63,252 nucleotides of DNA, taken from NCBI GenBank assembly GCA_037139835.1, contig JBAXFQ010000003.1:1-63252 (forward strand), written 5' to 3'. Within the stretch, counting starts at the first letter, position 1; each line of letters begins with the position of its first letter. Shown piece after piece: positions 9,476-15,958 of this stretch. The notes under the pieces were generated by a model, which worked only from the letters and a program-made list of their open reading frames with translations, ran no database searches and was not told the origin of the DNA. The position numbers and the translations under genes are program-made. The stretch comes from Candidatus Nomurabacteria bacterium. Its GTDB lineage: Bacteria; Patescibacteriota; Minisyncoccia; Phycocordibacterales; UBA9973.

Positions 9476-9841
9476 CTAATCACTAATCCTTATACTTCCC
9501 CCATCCGACTTCACAGCGGACTGTGTTTCAACAGTAGGGGTCGGCTTACTTTTGGTAAATGATGACAACAGCAAAAATCCACCAATAAAAATAATAATGG
9601 TGGCTATGATTATGTTCTTTGTACGAGTAGGCGAAAAGAAATCTTTTATTGCGAATTCTTGGTGACGGACCTTCTTCTTGAAAATATAGTTATTGACCTC
9701 TTCTTCAGTAGTGAACCAAGCTCTTCCTTTCTTCATTCCTTTTATCTCTCCCTTACGTACCAAAAATCCAAGGTAGTCTTGTGAGTACCCTGATAGCTGT
9801 GCCGCTTGGTTTAAAGAAATGACTTTTTTAAATGATTCCAT
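9476..9841 (-). CDS. HTH (excisionase/MerR-like HTH_17-type) DNA-binding protein with a C-terminal TM helix
   Basis: LNQAAQLSGYSQDYLGFLVRKGEIKGMKKGRAWFTTEEEVNNYI resembles the HTH_17 pattern. A hydrophobic stretch IIIATIIIFIGGFLLLSSF follows. The gene lies immediately upstream of the giant gene on the same strand. Confidence 0.7.
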   Translation of the reverse strand: MESFKKVISLNQAAQLSGYSQDYLGFLVRKGEIKGMKKGRAWFTTEEEVNNYIFKKKVRHQEFAIKDFFSPTRTKNIIIATIIIFIGGFLLLSSFTKSKPTPTVETQSAVKSDGGSIRISD

Positions 9842-10116
9842 CCCGTTAGAGATAGGAAGCGCCTAATCTATTTTTTAGATAACGCTTACCCATCCCTGTT
9901 TTTAAATATAACTCTCTCGACATTGCTTTCTCTTTTAACAAACACGCCTCGTAATAAATAACAAAGAACGGTCCTCTACCTTTAGTATAAATAGACTTAC
10001 CACTATTATGTTCAGAAAGGCGCTTCCGTAGATCATTTGTAAATCCGGTGTATAGCTTGCCATCTTTCTTACTTTTTAATACGTAAGTGTAGTAATACAT
10101 AACTATCTCTAACGGG
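9842..10116 (-). mobile_element. candidate compact selfish element: GIY-YIG ORF bracketed exactly by perfect 14-nt terminal inverted repeats CCCGTTAGAGATAG / CTATCTCTAACGGG
   Basis: The left arm 9842-9855 overlaps the ORF stop. The right arm 10103-10116 ends 2 nt before the ATG at 10100. Related termini (CCCGTTAGA / TCTAACGGG) occur at 32517-32634 and 21530-21567. Confidence 0.45.
9846..10100 (-). CDS. small GIY-YIG nuclease superfamily protein (about 84 aa)
   Basis: MYYYTYVLKSKKDGKLYTGFTNDLRKRLSEHNSG matches the GIY-x-YIG ... R ... H-N core pattern. The ORF-track start at 10121 is a GTG, so I prefer the ATG at 10100. Confidence 0.8.
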   Translation of the reverse strand: MYYYTYVLKSKKDGKLYTGFTNDLRKRLSEHNSGKSIYTKGRGPFFVIYYEACLLKEKAMSRELYLKTGMGKRYLKNRLGASYL

Positions 10117-10154
10117 ACCACTCAATTTCTATTTAGCCTTAATTTATAATGTTA

Positions 10155-10264
10155 TCTCGGATAGACGATTATAATTATCTTAGTAATATCGGACTGACGA
10201 GAATATTTTTTTAAATATAACGTCTATCCGATAAAATTATTTTTAAAATCTCGTTTATCCGATA
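10155..10264. promoter_or_regulatory. four-site operator-like array (consensus TATCGGATAGACG): two direct sites followed by two inverted sites
   Basis: Sites: 10155-10167 tctcggatagacg; 10187-10199 tatcggactgacg; 10221-10233 cgtctatccgata (perfect reverse complement of the consensus); 10252-10264 cgtttatccgata. Spacing is 32 and 31 nt. The array sits 40-160 nt upstream of the GIY-YIG/HTH/giant-gene string. Confidence 0.45.
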
Positions 10265-10654
10265 TATGAAAGGAACTCATTTATTATAACAAATGTGAAA
10301 AGTTATTCAATAATAATACACATAGTTATGCACAGTTTTCAAATCAACCCAAAAAATCAACTCTGTAAAGCATTTTTGCAAATATTTATATCCTCTATGA
10401 ATTAATAAATAAGATACATCTATTAGATCAAAATACAGACCCTAAGCTTTGCTTTGGGGCTGTGTTTATTAATACTCGTGATCCCTTTATAAACCTATGT
10501 ACATGAATAATAAGAATAGATACCAGCCTTCTCCTACCTGCAAATAGATATATATTACTCTATATCAATCAATGCCCTTCTTATCATCTTAAGCCTATAA
10601 TTAATAGCTATAAGTAAGGCATAATTTGCCATTCATCAAACCTTACAATAAATT

Positions 10655-10686
10655 AAAAACGCCCATACTAAAGTATGGGCGTTTTT
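10655..10686. terminator. bidirectional intrinsic terminator hairpin
   Basis: AAAAACGCCCATAC-taaa-GTATGGGCGTTTTT, immediately downstream of the 10699-11349 gene. Confidence 0.8.
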
Positions 10687-10698
10687 AACTATTTTATT

Positions 10699-11349
10699 TT
10701 AGACAGCAGTTGCAGTAGCGGTGATCGTAGCAGTATAAGTACCAGCTGCGGCAAAGATACCATTCTGTCCAGCAGCAAAACAAACATTGGTTGCTTGACC
10801 AGCAAGAGGTGTTGGTGTAGCAAAAGTAGCTATATTTATAGGTGTTACTCCATTAAATCCACTATATTTTAGAGTTGCATTTGGAGTACCAGCAGTACCA
10901 CAATCAGCACCTGTTCCCCATGTAGTGGTATTAACCCATCCTGTTGATGCTTGTCTAACAGAAAAACCAAATTGAGTTGATGAAGCAGGTACACTCCAAA
11001 GTGCAGTAGTTAAAGGAGCATCGGTAAACTGATTTGCTCCACTCTTAAGTGCAGCAGTAGTAGAAGCTTGAACTGTAAGACCATACCCTGTTGCTGAGTT
11101 TGTTACTACTGTCCAAGTTGCACCAGTTGCAGAGATAGATGAGTTTGATCCAGTACCTATGTTTGGGGCCATGGTTATATCAGCAGGAGCAGTGATGGTT
11201 ACACCTGAAGTAACGTTTAGGGTAACAACTACAGCATCAGTTACTGCTGTTGCATTTGCAATCAGAGGTTCAAACGCTAAATAAAACATAGGCATTAACA
11301 GTAATGAAATTACTGAACTTGCTATAACTTTCTTAATATTATTTTTCAT
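10699..11349 (-). CDS. secreted beta-rich surface/fibre subunit candidate (WxL-like or SCPU-like by composition), paralogue B
   Basis: Signal peptide ending ...LIANA/TAV. Ser/Thr/Gly-rich body with ATWTVVTNSATGYGLTVQAS and LWSVPASS motifs. C-terminal strand GTYTATITATATAV. Near-identical to 14599-15252. Confidence 0.6.
   Translation of the reverse strand: MKNNIKKVIASSVISLLLMPMFYLAFEPLIANATAVTDAVVVTLNVTSGVTITAPADITMAPNIGTGSNSSISATGATWTVVTNSATGYGLTVQASTTAALKSGANQFTDAPLTTALWSVPASSTQFGFSVRQASTGWVNTTTWGTGADCGTAGTPNATLKYSGFNGVTPINIATFATPTPLAGQATNVCFAAGQNGIFAAAGTYTATITATATAV
10743..11330 (-). repeat. long direct repeat, copy B (pairs with 14643-15230; offset exactly 3,900 nt)
   Basis: Line-by-line comparison shows 10769-11208 is 100% identical to 14669-15108 (440 nt). 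Differences cluster at both gene ends. Confidence 0.95.
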
Positions 11350-11446
11350 ATAATATGAATATAGAGAATTATATATTATATTATATCATAATAATTTAAA
11401 TTAAAGAAATAATTTATTGAAATTATAATTCATCTAGGGATAATCA

Positions 11447-12787
11447 TTATTTGTTATTTTTAGATAAATTAAACCTTCTTGAAAAGAAGAAAATCAGAAA
11501 CAACAATAGAAGAATTAAAAACACTATTATTAGTATCCACCAAAATATATACCAATAATTATTATTACTATCTATCAAAACTTTTGATATTTTGAATGCC
11601 CCCTGATTTACTACCTGAGTCACTCCATTACTATATCTATATATTGAAATCTTGTAATATCCTCCCTCACTAAAGGTTGGTATCGTGACTGACGTAAAAC
11701 CATCCTTGTCTTTATTTCTAAAGAAAAAATACTGACCAATTATCGACATATTTTTATCTCTTATCTCTACCCACATATCATCATTTTTTGTCTTTGGTGA
11801 ATAGTTTGTCTTAACATCAATGGGAACATCTCCAGAAAGAGATATCACACTACCTATTGTAAAATCATAAATAAATGAATCTTGTAATACTTTATAAATA
11901 TTTTCGAGTGGAGGTATTTCTTTTGGTACTACATTTATATTCGTTTCAAAAAAACCAGATGAATTATATATTGCACTTATAAGTGCCCCACTCGAGTAGT
12001 TGCCTGCCCTATCACGACTAAAAAGCGAGTAATAATATATATTATCTTTTAAAACATTATTATCTGTAAAATACATTCCCTTACCTTCATAAACAAGATG
12101 ACCAATATTTGGACTACCGTAGAATCTATCAGTACTTCTCATCACACGGATATAATCAAAATCTAAATCTGTGGGATTAAGCCATGATACAGTAATACCA
12201 GATGCTGCAGATTTAGCTTTTATATTTGTAGGGTTTCCTGGTGGGGTTGTATCAGGAAGTGAAAGAGTTCTGAAAACTTGATTCTCAAGAGTATTTGTCT
12301 TACCCAAGAGGTTCCCAGCCTGTATACTAAAATAATAAACTGTGCCATCATGGAGATTTACTATATCAACTTTGTGATTTATTAAAAAATTAATATTACT
12401 TATAATTCCATCTTTATAATCAGGGCTTGTCCCCCATTTCAAATTTGACATAGTAGGTATGACACTCTGCCATTTGATAGTGGCAGTATTATAACTAACT
12501 TCTACTGTTAGATTCTTAAAAACATTATTTATATCCATTGGTAAAGTACTCCCTCCACTATTACTTCCTCCTGTTCTTGGGGGCTCTGGTGGTATTATGA
12601 TAGGTGTACAATCAGCAGGACATACGTACATATCCTCACTACCCACATCACAGACACCATCATTATTACAACTACCGACATGCAAATTTATATCTATGCC
12701 GTCAGTCGAAGCAAAAGCAAAATGCAAACCTGTATTGATAATAAAAATAAAAGTGAATATAAATAATATTAAAATAATTTTCTTCAT
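11447..12787 (-). CDS. secreted protein with a Cys-rich N-terminal motif, two fibronectin-III-like segments and a C-terminal TM anchor
   Basis: Signal peptide ...HFAFA/STDG. Cys motif CNNDGVCDVGSEDMYVCPADC. FN3-like strings (ATIKWQSV...YYFSIQA; ITVSWLNP...YYYSLFSRDRAGN). C-terminal WYIFWWILIIVFLILLLLFLIFFF followed by basic residues. Confidence 0.65.
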   Translation of the reverse strand: MKKIILILFIFTFIFIINTGLHFAFASTDGIDINLHVGSCNNDGVCDVGSEDMYVCPADCTPIIIPPEPPRTGGSNSGGSTLPMDINNVFKNLTVEVSYNTATIKWQSVIPTMSNLKWGTSPDYKDGIISNINFLINHKVDIVNLHDGTVYYFSIQAGNLLGKTNTLENQVFRTLSLPDTTPPGNPTNIKAKSAASGITVSWLNPTDLDFDYIRVMRSTDRFYGSPNIGHLVYEGKGMYFTDNNVLKDNIYYYSLFSRDRAGNYSSGALISAIYNSSGFFETNINVVPKEIPPLENIYKVLQDSFIYDFTIGSVISLSGDVPIDVKTNYSPKTKNDDMWVEIRDKNMSIIGQYFFFRNKDKDGFTSVTIPTFSEGGYYKISIYRYSNGVTQVVNQGAFKISKVLIDSNNNYWYIFWWILIIVFLILLLLFLIFFFSRRFNLSKNNK

Positions 12788-12788
12788 A

Positions 12789-13562
12789 TTATAAAGCAGT
12801 AGCAGTAGCTATTAAAGTTATATTGTATACTCCTGAAGTTTGAACATGATTTGCTCCAGATTCAGCTCGAAGTCGAGCCGTAACAACTGAACCAGATGGA
12901 TGATTTGATACACTAGAGACTGCTATTATCTTTGGAGTAGTAGAAAGACCATCCCAACATTTAGCAGATGTTTCCGATGTCCCTGTATTACATATAGATC
13001 CATTGTCTTTAAAGCGAGTAGCTACGTCTGTACCTTCAGGAGAAAATCCAAAAGAAGAATTTGCAGGTAGATTTGTAAAATTATAGTCTGGATCAGACCC
13101 TGCAGGTACATAATCAGAAAGAGAGTCTACCGCAGACTTAAGAGCAGGTGTTGTAGTCGATGCTATAGACATAGAATATCCTGCGGGATTATCTGTCACA
13201 ACTGTCCAAGACATCGTACCTTCACTTGAAGCACCAGAAAGTCCTGACATAGATGCCATCACTAGATCAGATGGCGCTGATATGGAGATAGAACTCTCTT
13301 GCATCTGCCAATATCCAGCATGCATATAATAGTTTGTACTATTAGAATCTCCCGTGCCTAATTCTCCAAGTGAATCTCCAACCTTATAGGAAGTACTACC
13401 AGAATCTGCACCACCAAAATTCAAACTATCAGTTTGGATACGGTAAGTAGAACTCTGCATAGCAGCAGAAAAAACACTGGAAGGTATTATAAACGATACC
13501 ACAATAAGTAACGCTAAATAAAAAGTATGATTACTTTTCGTAAAAAAGTATAAAAATTTCAT
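12789..13562 (-). CDS. secreted beta-rich surface/fibre subunit candidate, larger relative of the flanking paralogues
   Basis: Signal peptide ...SVFSA/A. MSWTVVTDNPAGYSMSIAS parallels ATWTVVTNSATGYGLTVQAS. C-terminal GVYNITLIATATAL parallels GTYTATITATATAV. There is a 1-nt gap to the next gene. Confidence 0.6.
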   Translation of the reverse strand: MKFLYFFTKSNHTFYLALLIVVSFIIPSSVFSAAMQSSTYRIQTDSLNFGGADSGSTSYKVGDSLGELGTGDSNSTNYYMHAGYWQMQESSISISAPSDLVMASMSGLSGASSEGTMSWTVVTDNPAGYSMSIASTTTPALKSAVDSLSDYVPAGSDPDYNFTNLPANSSFGFSPEGTDVATRFKDNGSICNTGTSETSAKCWDGLSTTPKIIAVSSVSNHPSGSVVTARLRAESGANHVQTSGVYNITLIATATAL

Positions 13563-13574
13563 ACTAAGTAAATA

Positions 13575-14552
13575 TTATTTTTTCTTCTTAAGTTCAAATC
13601 GCGTGAGTATGTAATAGATGAATGATATAAATATAACAAGACCAGCAAATATAGCTAGAAGTATCTTCCAAGGTATTATCCAAAATACAATTGATGCAGT
13701 TGCATTATCATTCTCACTTCCATACCCTTTATATAGAGAAAGATTAGCTGTATAACGCCCTAATCCAGAACCTTCACTCCAAAGTACTTCACGATAACGA
13801 GTAGAATCAGGTAAGGCAAAATAAGCATCTACTGGTATTTCTCCAACACTTCCACCTAAAATATTTTTAATTATTACCTTACCATGAGGAACAAGATGAA
13901 CATTACCATCGTTTTTAAATGCTATTTCAAAACCCTTTGGTCGATTTTCATAAAAAACTTTCTTTGGTCCTATTATTTTAAAATCTGTGAGAGATCCGGA
14001 TTCTTTTCCTTCGCCATTTATACGTAAAAGGAAAAGTGCCCCTATTCGTGATACAAGACGAGCTTTACCTTCGGCTTCTTGAGCCTTTCCATCTTCCAAA
14101 ACTGTTGGTTCATTTGATACGATAAGTGCCCCATAGAAACCTCTTGGCTCTGAATCAATAGGAATAGAAACTGTAACAGGTATAGTGATTTTCTCTCCTG
14201 GTTCAAGTGAAAACTCACTTATTTCTGGGATTATAAAATTCTTTAGTGAATATGGGCTTTTTTCATCACCCATCAATTTAACGGTGGTTGTCGGATCACT
14301 AGTTCCAACCATATCTTCAGTTGTTAATTTAAACTTTGTAGTTTTGTCTATTCTATTTGTTATAGAAATAGCCTTTATGCTTGTCTCTCCTGGGTTAACA
14401 TATATTTCTGTTTTACCTGGTTCTACTACAAAATCCCCTACTAAATCTTTAGTTACAATAGACTTTTCAAAAGCAAGAACATTTTTTGATACTAATAAAG
14501 ATAGAACAATAAATGTTCCAATGGCAATTTTTTTGTAAGATTCTGATTTCAT
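13575..14552 (-). CDS. secreted Ig-fold-like protein with a C-terminal TM anchor and a KKKK tail (DUF916/DUF3324-like architecture; possible assembly or anchor component)
   Basis: Signal peptide ...KNVLA/FEK. FVVEPGKTEIYVNPGETSIKAISITN and FEIAFKNDGNVHLVPHGKVIIKN beta-sandwich-like strings. C-terminal WKILLAIFAGLVIFISFIYYIL + RFELKKKK. The length and topology resemble the TM protein of Firmicute WxL (csc) loci. Confidence 0.5.
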   Translation of the reverse strand: MKSESYKKIAIGTFIVLSLLVSKNVLAFEKSIVTKDLVGDFVVEPGKTEIYVNPGETSIKAISITNRIDKTTKFKLTTEDMVGTSDPTTTVKLMGDEKSPYSLKNFIIPEISEFSLEPGEKITIPVTVSIPIDSEPRGFYGALIVSNEPTVLEDGKAQEAEGKARLVSRIGALFLLRINGEGKESGSLTDFKIIGPKKVFYENRPKGFEIAFKNDGNVHLVPHGKVIIKNILGGSVGEIPVDAYFALPDSTRYREVLWSEGSGLGRYTANLSLYKGYGSENDNATASIVFWIIPWKILLAIFAGLVIFISFIYYILTRFELKKKK

Positions 14553-14598
14553 GAATTTTATATCTTGTTGCTATATAAAATAATACAGCAAGAAAATT

Positions 14599-15252
14599 TT
14601 AAGCAGCTGTTGCTGTTGCTGTTATTGTAGCGGTATAAACTCCAGCTGCGGCAAAGATACCATTCTGCCCAGCAGCAAAACAAACATTGGTTGCTTGACC
14701 AGCAAGAGGTGTTGGTGTAGCAAAAGTAGCTATATTTATAGGTGTTACTCCATTAAATCCACTATATTTTAGAGTTGCATTTGGAGTACCAGCAGTACCA
14801 CAATCAGCACCTGTTCCCCATGTAGTGGTATTAACCCATCCTGTTGATGCTTGTCTAACAGAAAAACCAAATTGAGTTGATGAAGCAGGTACACTCCAAA
14901 GTGCAGTAGTTAAAGGAGCATCGGTAAACTGATTTGCTCCACTCTTAAGTGCAGCAGTAGTAGAAGCTTGAACTGTAAGACCATACCCTGTTGCTGAGTT
15001 TGTTACTACTGTCCAAGTTGCACCAGTTGCAGAGATAGATGAGTTTGATCCAGTACCTATGTTTGGGGCCATGGTTATATCAGCAGGAGCAGTGATGGTT
15101 ACACCTGAGTCGACATTGAGTGTCACGATCATAGTATCAGTTACTGCTGTTGCGTTTGCAATCAGAGGTTCAAACGCTAGATAAAACATAGGCATTAACA
15201 GTAACGAAATTACTGAGCTTGCTATAACTTTTTTTATAGAGATTTTTTTCAT
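14599..15252 (-). CDS. secreted beta-rich surface/fibre subunit candidate, paralogue A
   Basis: 217 aa. Differs from the 10699-11349 product only near the start of the signal peptide, just after the predicted cleavage site (TDTMIVTLNVDSG versus TDAVVVTLNVTSG) and at the C-terminal strand. Confidence 0.6.
   Translation of the reverse strand: MKKISIKKVIASSVISLLLMPMFYLAFEPLIANATAVTDTMIVTLNVDSGVTITAPADITMAPNIGTGSNSSISATGATWTVVTNSATGYGLTVQASTTAALKSGANQFTDAPLTTALWSVPASSTQFGFSVRQASTGWVNTTTWGTGADCGTAGTPNATLKYSGFNGVTPINIATFATPTPLAGQATNVCFAAGQNGIFAAAGVYTATITATATAA
14643..15230 (-). repeat. long direct repeat, copy A (pairs with 10743-11330)
   Basis: See copy B. Confidence 0.95.
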
Positions 15253-15303
15253 TTAGTTTAATTAGTAATTTATTAATAATTTATACATTTAACTGTTATA
15301 GTT

Positions 15304-15332
15304 ATTCTAATATACAACATGTTTTATTGCAA
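15304..15332 (-). promoter_or_regulatory. candidate sigma-70-type promoter for the surface cluster (-35 TTGCAA, 17-nt spacer, -10 TAGAAT)
   Basis: Minus strand reads TTGCAA-taaaacatgttgtatat-TAGAAT, about 50 nt upstream of the ATG at 15252. Confidence 0.4.
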
Positions 15333-15373
15333 ATGATGAGGGGTATAAATATGTGTATAAGTTGTGAATAAAA

Positions 15374-15410
15374 AAAGGAGAATTTTGTTACGAAAACAAA
15401 ATTCTCCTTT
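15374..15410. terminator. intrinsic terminator hairpin downstream of the sigma-region-4 gene
   Basis: AAAGGAGAATTTTGTT-acgaa-AACAAAATTCTCCTTT. Confidence 0.75.
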
Positions 15411-15419
15411 TAAAATTAG

Positions 15420-15836
15420 TTAACACAGATGTGCTCTCAGAATATTTAAAGCAACAGAATCACTTTTAATTTTATCAATTGCTTTTTGTTTAATTAAAAG
15501 AACTTTGTCTTTCGTTCTACCAATAGCATTAGCAATCTGCTGTTCTGTTTTTCTCTCGCAATGATCAATACCAAATAGGTGCACCAATACATAGCGTTGT
15601 TTGCTTTTTAATTTATCAAGGATTAGTTCCAGATCTACTTCCAGAGACTCTTCTTTGATTAAATAATCATCTGCACAATCTTTGCATGCAATGTTATTAC
15701 ACGCACACCTCCCCTCTTTCTCATCAAGGGAAATAATTTTATCAGAGCTTAATAATAAGACTTCTTCTTCTCTGATTTCTGAAAAGACCATGGGATTGTA
15801 CATTGTACTTCCCGACAAAAAATTTTGTTTTTCCAT
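15420..15836 (-). CDS. standalone sigma-70 region-4-like HTH protein with an N-terminal four-Cys cluster
   Basis: LKSKQRYVLVHLFGIDHCERKTEQQIANAIGRTKDKVLLIKQKAIDKIKS fits the region 4.2 pattern (L..R..V....FG.D.....T...IA...G.S...V..I...A..K). Cys cluster CACNNIACKDC. No region 2 is recognisable. The gene is flanked by terminators on both sides. Confidence 0.65.
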   Translation of the reverse strand: MEKQNFLSGSTMYNPMVFSEIREEEVLLLSSDKIISLDEKEGRCACNNIACKDCADDYLIKEESLEVDLELILDKLKSKQRYVLVHLFGIDHCERKTEQQIANAIGRTKDKVLLIKQKAIDKIKSDSVALNILRAHLC

Positions 15837-15895
15837 TTTAATAAAATTTAATTTAAGTTTTATATTATCACTAAGAAAAAAAATTACAAGTATAC

Positions 15896-15927
15896 AAAAT
15901 GCCCCGCCGTAAACGGCGGGGCATTTT
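15896..15927. terminator. GC-rich bidirectional terminator after fusA
   Basis: aaaatGCCCCGCCG-taaa-CGGCGGGGCatttt. Confidence 0.85.
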
Positions 15928-15958
15928 ATATTTAGAATTTTTAATTTATTTTTAAAAA

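Noticed and set aside
9290-9562. Plus-strand 90-aa ORF spanning the giant-gene start and the HTH gene end.
   Set aside because: It overlaps two better-supported minus-strand genes and the heptamer repeat spacer, and its translation is low-complexity.
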